Origin: Nymphaea colorata
Taxonomy: Eukaryota
Length of the DNA stretch: 64,000 nucleotides
Direction of reading: 5' to 3'
NCBI RefSeq assembly: GCF_008831285.2
Contig: NC_045138.2
Coordinates: 23,932,001 to 23,996,000 of the forward strand
Positions 52,701 to 64,000 of this stretch are shown here, piece by piece. The notes below the pieces were generated by a model that was not told where the DNA came from, did not search any database, and was given only the letters and a program-made list of their open reading frames with translations. Both the position numbers and the translations under genes were made by a program. How positions within the stretch are numbered: position 1 is the first letter of the stretch; every line of letters starts with the position of its first letter.

Positions 52701-53286
52701 GGAGAGAGAAAACTTCAATTTGATTAAACGATAATGAATAAGTGTCTCGGTTTTGAGCTTAAATACAAGTGCCCGAACCGGTTCCATGTTGTGTCTCGAG
52801 ATGAGACGAAAAGCAAATCGAGTCTAATAAAGAAAACGGTACATAAGCAAATTAACTCAAATAAAAAGTTCAGATCTGAATTGGGCCAAGGGCTCCACCT
52901 CGCCCGGGTCCGCCCGAGCTTCGTCAACTTGATTCTCCAAGTGGGTCTGAGCCCACTGCTCTTGATCCATGCCCGGGTCACGCATGCTCCTCTCCAAGCC
53001 GAGCCCACCATCATCTAGGCCAGACGTGCCTAGGTCATCCTCTTCCGGACTAAGTGGGTCCGGGACTTCTTCATCCAGGCTAGGTACGCCTGGGCCTTCC
53101 ACACCTAGACCGGGCGGGTCTAGGTCTCCTAGGTCGAACCCACCTAGGTCTTCCATGTGCGGCCGGCTTGGCTCCACCTGTTTTCCGCCAAAGTCAAGAC
53201 AAGAAAAGTTAGCCTCCCTACCAAGATGAGCGCCTTCTGCAGAGGTGCCGACATGGGGAGCACGAGTTCTGGGAAGGCTCGTATCA
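49751..53286 (-). repeat. 3' LTR (3536 bp)
   Basis: Direct repeat of 58499-62037, abutting the PPT. Confidence 0.95.
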
Positions 53287-56021
53287 ACCCCACCCTCCTC
53301 AGATCGAGCTTGTCCCCAAGCTCGTGGCGTAGGGAAACAGAGACGAAGTCCCCAAGCTCGTGACATAGGGAAACGGAGACGAATATGTTCCAAGTCCTCC
53401 CAAGAGGTACCTCCATCTGAACCTTCCCACTCAATCAAAACCTCATGCCGTTGCCTACCATCTCTCAAAGCATATCGATGCTTCAAGATCCGATATGGAG
53501 TGGGCTGCTGATTCGGGATGTGCTCAATGTTCCCAGGGAGAGAACCGTGGTGTGGCTTCAACCGTGTCACGTGAAAAACCGGATGAACTTGGGCAGCCGG
53601 TGGTAAGGAGATGCGATAAGCAGCCTTCCCTATTCTTTGAAGTACTTGGTATGGACCATAATACTTGGGAAAGAGCTTAGAATAGGGTTGCCCCAATAAG
53701 GACTTCTGCTTGAAAGGGAGTCGCTTCAGCCACACATAGTCTCCCACACTGAACTCTCTATCTTTTCGCCCCTTATTGTAGAACTGTCGCATACGAGTTT
53801 GGGCCTTAGTGATGTTCTGCTTAAGAGATTCCAGAATCTCTTCACGAGTTCGTAGGGTGCTATCCAATTCATCGTCCATGGCTGTCCCTTCTTCATATCG
53901 AGGAATAGTGGGAGGTGGAAAACCATACACTGCCTCATATGGTGTGACTCTTGTGCTTGAATGGAGGCTAGTGTTATAGGACCACTCAGCCCATGATATA
54001 TGTCTGACCCAAGTGTTGGGTCGTGCCCCTACATAACATCTGAGGTACGTCTCCAATGTACGATTCACTACCTCACTCTGTCCATTTGTCTGAGGATGGT
54101 GTGTAGTGCTAAAATGTAAGGAGGTACCTGCCAGTCGCATGTACTGTTGCCAAAAGGCCCCCAAGAAAATAGAGTCCCGGTCACTCACGATGGTGTTGGG
54201 CATTCCATGAAGCTTCCCAACATGATCGTGGTAGGCTGCAGCAACAAGGAGACCCTGATATAGGCGAGGTAAGGGCACAAAGTGAGCATATTTCGTCAGT
54301 CTGTCAACTACCACCATGACTGACTCTTTCCCCTCTGACTTAGGCATTGCCTCTATAAAATCCATAGAGACATCTCTCCATGGCTGTGTAGGAATAGGTA
54401 GGGGAACTAGGTGCCCGGGAGGCCTGACTGCCTCATACTTCTCCCTCTGACATATCTGACAATCTCGCACAAACCTCTTCACATCAGCCTTCAAGCCCTC
54501 CCACCAGAACTGGGGCTTGATCCTGCCTATGGTCTTGGTCACCCCCTCATGGCCCGCAGTGGCAGACTCATGGAAGTGCCTAATAAGCTCGTCCCTGAAA
54601 GTGGATTGCTTGGGAATCACCACCTTGTCCTTGCGACATAGGAGCCTTCCACGAATGGAGTAGTTTGGGACGGATCCCTCATTTTGTGTCACCGATGCCT
54701 TCAGCAGTATAATGCTATCCTCAGCATCCTGCTCTAATGCAATCCTGTCCCACAGATTCGTGCTCACAATTGACAAAGTCATCATCATATTCTCTCCCAA
54801 ACGTGAGAGAGCATCCGCGGCTGTATTTTCGGGACCTTTCTTATACTCTATGGTGAAATCATATCCCAACAACTTAGAGAGCCATCGTTGTTGGATAGGA
54901 GTGGTAATGCACTGGTTCACCATATATTTTAGGTTATTGTGGTCGGTCCTAACCACAAACTTTCTTCCCAACAAGTAAGGATGCCACTTGTCCACTTCTA
55001 ACACCATAGCTAGGAGCTCCTTCTCATAAGTGGAGAGAGGCTTGGCCCTTTTCGTAAGTGCCTTGGACATATATGCCACTGGATGTCCCTCCTGACTCAA
55101 AACTGCCCCAACTCCCACATCACTGGCATCGGTCTCAATAGTGAACTCCTTATCAAAATTTGGCAAAGTCAAGACGGGCGCCGAAACAAGTGCTGCCTTC
55201 AACTGGGTGAAGGCCTCCCTCGATTTGTCTGACCACTGAAATGGTCCCTTCTTCAACATGTGGGTCAATGGTGAAGCTATTGACCCATAGCCACTGATGA
55301 AGCGCCTATAATATCTGGTCAGCCCCAAAAATCCACGCATCTCTTTTGGATTCTTGGGTAGAGGCCACTGCTCGATTGCTACCAACTTCTCTGGCTCAGC
55401 TCTAACACCCTCCTTAGAGACAATGTGTCCCAAGTATCCTACTGAAGTCTGGCCAAAGGTACACTTGGACATCTTAGCATAGAGCTGGTTGTCCTTCAAG
55501 ATAGTAAGGACGGTGTCCAAATGCTTCGCATGCATCTCAAGAGTTGGACTGTACACGAGTATGTCATCAAAGAACACCAATACATAGTCCCGCAAGTATC
55601 TTCGAAAGAGATCATTCATGCACCTCTGGAAAGTAGCTGGTGCATTTGTCAATCCAAAAGGCATTACGAGGAATTCGTAATGGCCATCATGAGTACGAAA
55701 CGCGGTCTTGTGAATATCCTCTTTCTGCATACAAATTTGATGGTAGCCTGCTCTTAAGTCCATCTTCGAAAAATAAGAAGCACCAGCCAATTCGTCAAGT
55801 AATTCATCTACGACTGGTATAGGATGCTTATCCTTTACCGTGACCTCATTGAGGACCCGGTAGTCTACACAGAACCTCCATGTGCCATCCTTCTTCTTTA
55901 CTAACAAGATGGGTGATGAAAACAGACTACTACTAGGTCGAATGACCCCGCTCTCGAGCATCTCCTTCACAAGTTTTTCTATCTCGGCCTTCTGACTATA
56001 GGCACCGATATGGACGCACAT
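52857..56021 (-). CDS. Gypsy pol (RT, RNase H, integrase, chromodomain), reading into the 3' LTR
   Basis: Motifs: KKKDGTWRFCVDYR, MPFGLTNAPATFQ, VFFDDILVY, ETDASDVGVGAVL, H..GH..C..C, SMDFI, IVSDRD, GQSEVVNR, KYYGPY and the chromodomain EVLIEWEG...SWED. It is separated from upstream gag-PR by a frameshift at ~56000. Confidence 0.93.
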   Translation of the reverse strand: MCVHIGAYSQKAEIEKLVKEMLESGVIRPSSSLFSSPILLVKKKDGTWRFCVDYRVLNEVTVKDKHPIPVVDELLDELAGASYFSKMDLRAGYHQICMQKEDIHKTAFRTHDGHYEFLVMPFGLTNAPATFQRCMNDLFRRYLRDYVLVFFDDILVYSPTLEMHAKHLDTVLTILKDNQLYAKMSKCTFGQTSVGYLGHIVSKEGVRAEPEKLVAIEQWPLPKNPKEMRGFLGLTRYYRRFISGYGSIASPLTHMLKKGPFQWSDKSREAFTQLKAALVSAPVLTLPNFDKEFTIETDASDVGVGAVLSQEGHPVAYMSKALTKRAKPLSTYEKELLAMVLEVDKWHPYLLGRKFVVRTDHNNLKYMVNQCITTPIQQRWLSKLLGYDFTIEYKKGPENTAADALSRLGENMMMTLSIVSTNLWDRIALEQDAEDSIILLKASVTQNEGSVPNYSIRGRLLCRKDKVVIPKQSTFRDELIRHFHESATAGHEGVTKTIGRIKPQFWWEGLKADVKRFVRDCQICQREKYEAVRPPGHLVPLPIPTQPWRDVSMDFIEAMPKSEGKESVMVVVDRLTKYAHFVPLPRLYQGLLVAAAYHDHVGKLHGMPNTIVSDRDSIFLGAFWQQYMRLAGTSLHFSTTHHPQTNGQSEVVNRTLETYLRCYVGARPNTWVRHISWAEWSYNTSLHSSTRVTPYEAVYGFPPPTIPRYEEGTAMDDELDSTLRTREEILESLKQNITKAQTRMRQFYNKGRKDREFSVGDYVWLKRLPFKQKSLLGQPYSKLFPKYYGPYQVLQRIGKAAYRISLPPAAQVHPVFHVTRLKPHHGSLPGNIEHIPNQQPTPYRILKHRYALRDGRQRHEVLIEWEGSDGGTSWEDLEHIRLRFPMSRAWGLRLCFPTPRAWGQARSEEGGVDTSLPRTRAPHVGTSAEGAHLGREANFSCLDFGGKQVEPSRPHMEDLGGFDLGDLDPPGLGVEGPGVPSLDEEVPDPLSPEEDDLGTSGLDDGGLGLERSMRDPGMDQEQWAQTHLENQVDEARADPGEVEPLAQFRSELFI
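53287..53300 (-). other. Polypurine tract
   Basis: Minus-strand GAGGAGGGTGGGGT lies immediately before the 3' LTR. Confidence 0.85.
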
Positions 56022-58182
56022 TCACTGCCTCTGCCCCCTTGGTGAGGGTAATCCTGTGATCATAGGAACGAGTGGGAGGCAAGCTTTTAGGCTCTTCAAA
56101 AACTGAAGGAAACCGATCAATCACACACTGAATGACCCGAGGAATCTCTTCAACACTGGTGGTGGAAGGTACAACATCTTTTACCATGGACACTAGCCAA
56201 TATGCTGGTTGATTTGCAATGAGGGCCTTCAAGGCCGGCTTCGGGTCCACGCTAGGATTGATTGCTCTGAGGGTTATTTACCCTCCACCCTCCTTAGGAA
56301 ACGTCATAGTCATGTCATCCAAGTCCCACAAGATCCTTTTCAAGGTTTTCATCCATTGAAACCCAAGTACTACATCTACACCCCCAATGGGAAGAATGTA
56401 TAGATCCACCTTGAAAGGAACCTTGTGCATTTCTAAGCCCACGTTTTTGCAAATTTCATTGCAAGCTAGTTTCTCTCCATTTCCAACCATGACATTGAAA
56501 GAAGCTTGGGGAGTCGTCTTGCCATCCACGAGATGAGCCAACCTCGAATTGAGGAAGTTGTGGGTGGCTCCGGTATCAAGAAGAACAATTACTTTTTGGT
56601 TATTGATCTTACCCACAACCTTCATGGCATTGGGCCCATTGTTTGTGAGAGCGTGACACAAGCCCTCATCTTTCTCCTCGGTATCTTCTTCTACTTTGGC
56701 TACCTCTGTGCCCTCGGTATCTACCTCTTCGCTTCCCTCAAGTTCCTCATCACTATCTGTGACCTCATATAACTGAAAATGCTTGCACTTATGACCCGCA
56801 TGCCACTTTTCTTCACAGTTGAAGCAAAACCCCTTTTTAATCCTTTCCTCTCGTTCTTGACGTGAAATGTATTTAATGGGAATGTTATTGCAAAAGGCTG
56901 GCCGGTTTTCAAACTTTCTTTGGGGTGGAGCTGATTTCACAAAGTTAGGCTTGGGTTTGGATGCAATCCCTGGTTTGTAAGCCTTTTTTCTTGCCTCTCT
57001 TCTTCTAAGTTGCTCCTCAATAGTCTTGGCCAATGCAAAACATCTCCTTAATTCGGTAGGAGGATCCCTAAGCATCTCAATTTGAATGTCCTCATCAAGA
57101 CCCCCTATGAAGTGGGCGATCTTGGAATCCTCTGGTCGATTTTTAACCATGCTACACAGTCTCTCAAACTTGCTTTGATAGTCTTGGACGGTAGAAGTTT
57201 GCTTGAGATTTCTCAATTCAATCTCGTGGTTAACGTACGTGGTTTCTCCAAACCGTAGTAAAAGTTCGTCCTTGAAGAGGTCCCAAGTGGCGTTTGGATA
57301 GTCCTCTTCCCAAAAGCAATACCATTGCATGGCCTCCTCTTCTAGATACATCTTTGCCAAACGAATCTTGTGTTGCTCTACAATTTCTTGGCAAATGAAA
57401 TATTGTTCGGCTTTGTAGACCCATTCCTTTGGCCTTTTTCCATTGAATTTAGGGAAGTCCATTTTTGGCATAGGGAGCCTTGGCTCCTCATTTTGTCGGC
57501 CTCTCCTTCCACGATTGAAACCTGCATGGTGCTGGCCTCTACCTTGGCCGTTCATCATCTCAATTTCCCTATCCAATTCTTCCTCAAACTCGCCAAAAGT
57601 CATGGATTGCATGGAGCGATTCTCATGATGTCTCCTTGGTCCTTCATGGTGTAGACCCACATTTTGGTAAGGCTCGTCGTGGTACTGCCTCTCATGGTTT
57701 TGTCTTTGTTCTAGGAAGGTTCTCCTTATCTCCTCCGGTGTAGGTCTCTCACCCCCTCGTCTGGATCTTTCCCCCACATGTATGGGTGCCCCGTTTTGGT
57801 TGGTACCATTAGTGAGTTGAGGATGGGTAATTTGGCGTTGGATAGGAGGTGGGACTGGTTCGTTTTGGGGAACATGTGTGTGGGCTCTAGGTGGTTGTTC
57901 TATCCCTTGTCCCCTTAGGCTTGCTCTCCTAGCATCCACCAAAAATGCCTCACTCACTGCTTCTATGGGGTCATTCCTACGATAGTAGGAAGAAGTTTGG
58001 GAACGAGGTGGGTTTCTCCTTTGCTCTAGGTTGTTCAACCGGCTGTCCATATTGGCAATAGTTTGGGTTACCCCTGCCAATTGGTTAAGGATAAGGTCCA
58101 CTTTGGAGTTGGTGCCAGAGGGCTCCCCCCTTTCTATCATACGAGCCTCCTCCACCACGACTTGTTTACTCTCTACCGCCAC
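55996..58182 (-). CDS. Gypsy gag-protease with a premature in-frame stop at 56278-56280
   Basis: Motifs: PKMDFPKFNG..WV, LKQT.TV.DYQ..FE, CFNCEEKWHAGHKC and the protease LLDTGATHNF. ORF 55996-56250 is in the same frame beyond the TAA and ends at VNVRPYR, where a ~2-bp deletion shifts the frame. Confidence 0.9.
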
Positions 58183-58484
58183 GGTTTCGGGTTAGATGGT
58201 CTTAGCCTTACGTGGGGCCATCACAACTCAACTTCAAGCAAAACGTCTCAAACAAAAGCTGCAATATGCTGAACTGAAAACTGAACCAAAACTGAAATAA
58301 ACACTACTGTAGCTGCCCGAAAACCACTAGCACAAACTGCCCAAATCTGTTAGAAAACCGGGACCGAATAGTGTCTCAAATCTGCCCTGTAAACTCCTTG
58401 CGCTGGCCGAATCTAGCAAGATGAACTCCGGGCGTCTCTAATGGCTTCCAAGCAACCAAATCAGCAATTAGGTGTCATCCAGCC

Positions 58485-58496
58485 GCTCTGATACCA
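58485..58496 (-). other. Primer binding site (initiator Met tRNA)
   Basis: Minus-strand TGGTATCAGAGC lies 2 bp after the 5' LTR. Confidence 0.93.
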
Positions 58497-58498
58497 AT

Positions 58499-61400
58499 TG
58501 GTAGAGTCTGCCCTAATGCGGCCACGAAAACCTCCAAAAAGCCGTCGAGACCCTCTCCAAGATCTAGGAGGATGTTGCCGATATAGGGTTTAAAAATTAA
58601 TTACAAGAGTGGTTCCCGCCGGACAGCAACCCCGGCTCAAATGTAGGTCAAGATTTTACAAGTATGGCTTCCCCAACCCCAGCTTGAACCTACTACAAGA
58701 ATCTAGAATGGATGTGAGGCTTAATACAAAGCGGAGCGATACATCAAGCACTCATCTCACTCATCATACACCCAAACCATTCAAACCACCCTGTCATGCA
58801 ATCCCTATGCGAATCAAACCACACCCTTATCCCTAGGTGGTCCACAACCCGAAAATCGTGTCCTTGGCAAGGTGCCTTGGAGGGATTCCAGCCGGTTGTC
58901 AATGCCAAAGGCAGGATAGAAAGCAATACACCCTTCCCCGGATCTATAGGGTGATCCGAATTTTTACCTCCCAAGGCCTCGCTTGGGGACTCCTCGAGCT
59001 TCACCAAAGGGGATGACCGGCAGCAAGGAGGCTGCTCCCTTTGGTATTTTCAGCAACGTCCACCTCTCGCCGAGTAGAACACCTCCTTGGGCAGAATTAG
59101 ACAAGAGAGAATCAAGTTCTACTTGTTAGAATAAGGAGAGGAGAGTAGGTGGATCTAGTCACCCGATAGGAATCGGACCCCTTGTTGATTTATGTAATGA
59201 AGGGGGAGGCAATCGCCAATGTCGCTTGGTGGACGCGGTTCCTTCTGTCCTTGGGCTCCAATCTCCCACGGGTAGAGGTTGAGCCCACGTTCCTCTTGCT
59301 GGAAATTAAGATTTGAAAAGCAAGACCAGCAAGTATCAAGTATAGAAGTGAAAAGGAAATCAACTTCTAGTAGAGGAAAGCCTTCACCCGTAAGACCAAT
59401 TCAACCCCGGTCTTTTGTATTGAGAGGGGGAGGCGATCGCCGGTGCACCGGCAGACGTTGAGGCAATCCTCAAGTTACGCTCCTTCTCCTTTTTTCTTCT
59501 CCGGCGGATGTGGAATCTCCAGCGAGGTATGTTAGTCGGAATCTGGCCGGTTCTTCCTTGATGTTCTCGGCTCTTCGCTTGACTCACGCCTTCTCCAAGT
59601 GAACTCATTCCTCTTCACACGAGCTGGGATGAAGAGGCTTCCCAAATGTGGCGCAAATCACCTCCTAAGATCGTTGAGGAAATCCCCTTTATTCGTGCAT
59701 GAGAATCCCCCAAGGATGCACCGAAATCTTGCCTTGATTAGGAAACGTCTAGGTACAATGCGCCTAGCCTCCACGAGCTAGCCTTTCCTATTTCGTTGGA
59801 GTGGAAATAGGAACGAGATCCCCGCAAGATTGACGAGGGCCTCGTTCGTCGCCACGTATAGGATATAGATTGACCAAGGATCTCCCAAGATTGACGAGAT
59901 TTTGCCCTCAATGGAAGGCGCCTAGATACAATGTATCCAGCCGCAGTCTCTACCCCTTTCCTATCTCGTTGGAGGAGAAATAGGAAAGGGATTTCGCACA
60001 AGGGAGGGCAAGATTTCCTTCTCCACGTGGCGCGCTCCTAGGACGCCACCCGGCCTGCTCACTTAGGTAAGTGTCTAGGTACAATGTACCCAAATCGCGC
60101 CAAATGCCCCTTTCCCTAATCAGTAGGGACGGATTAGGAAAGGGCCACCTTCCTCCTTGGTGCAGGAGACACTTGGCGCCCGTTCCAAATACCACGAGTG
60201 TCCTTCCACTTCCGTCGCCAAATGTTTGACCGCATTTGACCTTGCTAAACACGAATTAATTCAAGTAAAATCGAGATATAGCAAGGGCAGACTTGGAACT
60301 GATTACCCAAAAGTTGGTTCTGGCCGGAAGTCACCGGAGCTGGCCGGAAAATTAACCGGAAGTCTGATCTACTCCATGAAAACCGGCAAGCAGTCCTTCA
60401 ACGTCCAGAACTTGCAGTCGATGATGCACTAGTCAAATGAAGTCTAAATACCTTGATTTTTGGATATGTTGTAGAACTTTTAATTACGAATCCAACGGTA
60501 TATGGATCGCCTGAAAACTCCACCGGAATCGCCAGAAACAGCCTCTGCAAGTGGCGGTTCTGCGGCGGACTGCGCGCCTGAGCGGTGGAGGCGGAAACGG
60601 CGAACTTCAGCGGTAGATTTGACCGGTGCGCCCTGGTCCGATCAGGCTGAAATTTTAGTATGTTGTACCTGAGGATGATAGCTTTCCAACAAGCTATAGA
60701 TCGCCTCAAAACTCCCAGTAAATCTCCTGATACAGCTGTTTTACCAGAAGTGGTTTCTGACGCGCCCTTCAGAAATCCGAGAGTCGCCTCTTCCGCGCTT
60801 CTCCTTCTTTCCCTCCGCGATGGCGCTCTTTCCTTCCGCGGACTTTCTCCTTCCTCGCCCTAGCCTTCTCCTTTTGGTCCAGAACTCGTATAGAGACTAG
60901 AGACACCTCACCTATCTCAGATTCAACAGAATATTACCAGGATTTAGGCTGCTGGAAGAACTCCAGCCAGATGCTCCCGATCGTCCTCAAGTCGTCTCCA
61001 AGGTAGGTCTTCTTCTCCACGCGATGCCGCTGGTCCAGACCTAGTTAGACGAGGAGTTTATCCCCCGAATGCAAGGATTGGGCCTGCGTTGATGTTGCGG
61101 TTAAGGGAGAACCGAGATCCCATCCACCAAGTAATAGGAAGATCGGAATACTTAGCTCATGATGAGAAACTCGCCGGATGTCGATGTTGAAGAAGACGAG
61201 CCAGAACCACGGGCGGCGCCTCCTTCAACTTCTTCTAGTGCAGCCACCTCTCAACTCCTTCGTGATCAAGGAGAAGACACGGCTGCCTATCCAAGGATCT
61301 CTTGGTTCGGAACGATGCAAATTCAAGCTGTCAATGGCTGTCGGCGGCCATTAACGGAGCTTGAATCTCCACTAATCTCACGGCTTGGTGAGCATTACAA

Positions 61401-62037
61401 TGTAGTGCTTCCATGGAAGCCACGACCTAAGGTCCAAGGGACTCCTCACACGGAGAGAGAAAACTTCAATTTGATTAAACGATAATGAATAAGTGTCTCG
61501 GTTTTGGGCTTAAATACAAGTGCCCGAACCGGTTCCAAGTTGTGTCTCGAGATGAGACGAAAATCAAATCGAGTCTAATAAAGAAAACGGTACATAAGCA
61601 AATTAACTCAAATAAAAAGTTCAGATCTGAATTGGGCCAAGGGCTCCACCTCGCTCGGGTCCGCCCGAGCTTCGTCAACTTGATTCTCAAAGTGGGTCTG
61701 AGCCCACTGCTCTTGATCCATGCCCGGGTCACGCATGCTCCTCTCCAAGCCGAGCCCACCATCATCTAGGCCAGATGTGCCTAGGTCATCCTCTTCCAAA
61801 CTAAGTGGGTTCGGGACTTCTTCATCCAGGCTAGGTGCACCTGGGCCTTCCACACCTAGACCGGGCGGGTCTAGGTCTCCTAAGTCGAACCCACTTAGGT
61901 CTTCCATGTGCGGCCGGCTTGGCTCCACCTGTTTTTCGCCAAACTCAAGACAAGAAATGTTAGCCTCCCTTCCAAGACGAGCGCCTTCTGCAGAGGTGCC
62001 GACATGGGGAGCACGAGTTCTGGGAAGGCTCGTATCA
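58499..62037 (-). repeat. 5' LTR (3539 bp)
   Basis: Direct repeat of 49751-53286, with TGATA...TACCA termini in element orientation and a TATA-like TATTTAA at 61516-61510. Confidence 0.95.
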
Positions 62038-62837
62038 CAGCACCATCTAAAGAATTCCCACAAGCCACTTCTCTTAACCTGCCCTTCTTCCCTTTTCAGT
62101 TCCAATAGCTACTCTACCGAACCTAGAGAAAACGCTTCTTTCTGCAACAAATGAGAATAACAAACGAAAAAGAGTACAAAAAGGAATGACAAACAATCGA
62201 TGCAAGTCCAGCTTGAAATCAAGGCAAACCAACAGATAAAGAACATTTTCTCTAGGCCAGAGTACAAACAGGAGAAAAGGGAAAGGGCAGAAAGACGAAA
62301 AGACGATGGATCAACGACTTCCATTTTTCGTCTTCGCGCAGAGGGAAAAATAGAGAGATAGAGAGATGCCTCACTAGATCGCGGTCAGAAGACGGAAGGG
62401 AGGGGAAAAGGGTATGCTCCGCGTCTGGGGGGATGTTTCTCTTCGACCACTACGCGTTTGTTTGTCTTCTCCTCTCTGACCTCTCGAAAAAAGATGGAGA
62501 AGGAGACGGGAGCCTTGACGGGCATATTTTTTCTCCTCCCGCAATTTTTTTCCACCCGCCGGGGGTGGAAAGATTTTTCCGAATTAATAATTCCGGAACT
62601 CAACTCAATGGACACTTTTTCAATCCTTTGTTTGATGGGGAGGACAATTTTTTAATCATTTGAATTTTTTTTGTCAAACTACAGTGCATTGCTAATGCTT
62701 TTTCAGTCCTTGGGGAGGACAATTTTTTAAAAATTTGATTTTTTTTTTTAAACTACAGTGCATTGCTGATGCATCAAATGGGGCTCTAAGAGGTCGTTTG
62801 AATACATTGGAACACCACGGAACAGTATAGACGCAAA

Positions 62838-64000
62838 TGTTGGACAGAAAACAGCCAAGACACACATGATAGAGAATAATAGGTATAAAAGGTTGAGGAA
62901 TTCCAATGCTACCACGAAACAGCGTAGACATTCTCTCCCCGCAGCCTCTCCCCAACCCCAAGCTTTGTTGGTGTATGGAACTTGATCCATACTGGACACT
63001 CATATGCAATACCGCTGGTTTTGTACAAATGCGAGTTTGCCCTAATCCTTATGTTGTGAGGAGGAGAGCAGTTTCTTCTTTGGTCTTTTCTCTGAAAGTG
63101 TCTGTGTTCATCTGAGAGTGAATAGTGAAAGATCTGTGCGACCATGGACGTAGGAGATTATTGCTCTGAACCACGTAAATCTTTGTCTTCTTCCTTGTTG
63201 CTTCTATCCCCATCTTGAGAGTTCGAGAGGAGAGTTTTGTGTGTTGTTCATAACAACTGGTATCAGAGCTCGGTTCGTTCGCGATAGGAACAATGGTGCT
63301 GGAAGAAGGAAAAGTCAGAATCGAGAAGTTCAAGGTAAAGACTTCGGATTCTGGAAGATGCAGATCGAGGACTACTTGTATCCGAAGAAACTGCATGAAC
63401 CACTCATGAGAGCGAAGCCCGCAACAATGGTTGATACAGATTGGCAGTTGCTGGATAGACAAGCCCTTGGAGTCATTTGGTTGACGTTGGCCAGAAACGT
63501 CGCCTTCAACATTGTTAACGAGAAGACGACAGCAAGTCTGATGAAGATGCTAACAGATATGTACGAAAAACCCTCTGTTTCGAATAAGGTATATCTTATG
63601 CGTCGATTATTTAATTTGAAAATGGTTGAAGGTGCCTCTGTTACGGATCACATAAATGAGTTCAATGTTATTACTTCTCAATTATGTTATGTGGATATTA
63701 AATTTGATGATGAGGTTCAAGCTCTAATTTTACTGTCATCTCTACCGAAGAGTTGGAGTGTCACTGTGACTGTCGTGAGTAGTTCATCGCGATCAAATAA
63801 ATTGAAGTTTAGTGGTGTTCGAGATTTAATACTTAGTGAGGACATTCGCAGAAGAGAGGCAGAAGAACCTCTTGGTTCTGCCCTAAATGTTCAAAACAGA
63901 GGCAGAACTAATCAACGCTACCAAGAGCGTGGAAGGTCCAAATCTAAGGGAAGGAGTCAATCCAAACCTCGAAGTGATGGCTGTTGGAACTGTGGTAAGC
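62838..64000 (+). mobile_element. 5' end of a Ty1/Copia element (Tnt1/Tork-like): 5' LTR, PBS and gag
   Basis: LTR TGTTG(62838)...TAACA(63255) and PBS TGGTATCAGAGC at 63258-63269. gag starts at ATG 63293 (MVLEEGKVRIEKF), has a 1-bp frameshift at ~63333, then reads GKDFGFWKMQIEDYLY...DRQALGVI..LF.LKM..LLSSLP.SW..CWNCGK to the window edge. Confidence 0.92.

Larger units (their letters stand above)
49751..62037 (-). mobile_element. Full-length Ty3/Gypsy chromovirus LTR retrotransposon (Reina-like organisation), coding-defective
   Basis: Two near-identical LTRs with TG...CA ends, a 5-bp TSD CAGCA (49746-49750 and 62038-62042), a PBS, a PPT and gag-PR-RT-RH-INT-chromodomain. Confidence 0.97.

Noticed and set aside
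49861..62154. Many 60-140 aa ORFs duplicated in both LTRs as extra retroelement genes
   Set aside because: The duplication simply reflects LTR identity. Several ORFs are broken in one LTR, and none has a recognisable domain apart from the pol read-through frame.

Overview
This is AT-rich, microsatellite- and transposon-dense nuclear DNA of a flowering plant; the species cannot be determined from the sequence alone. It holds two apparently intact host genes. One is a single-exon AGCVIII/AGC2 (UNICORN-like) Ser/Thr kinase (16229-17530, +). The other is a multi-exon LSM7 (CDS 36241-43868, -, 99 aa). A degraded inverted copy of the kinase (26496-27788, -) belongs to a larger, old, partly deleted kinase-plus-flank repeat array spanning about 8.2-28 kb. 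Mobile DNA includes a decayed Copia (1-2620), the 5' end of a second Copia (62838-64000), several non-autonomous hAT/CACTA/Tourist-type elements, and a full-length chromovirus-type Gypsy element (49751-62037, -, TSD CAGCA). The most unusual observations are: (i) the Gypsy's ~3.5-kb LTRs are packed with diverged repeat units whose hairpins show compensatory changes, and pol reads ~143 codons into the LTR; (ii) a hAT-like non-autonomous element has captured a UDP-glycosyltransferase PSPG-box fragment; (iii) the kinase and its pseudogene form a convergent inverted repeat. All alignments were made by eye and no database searches were run.
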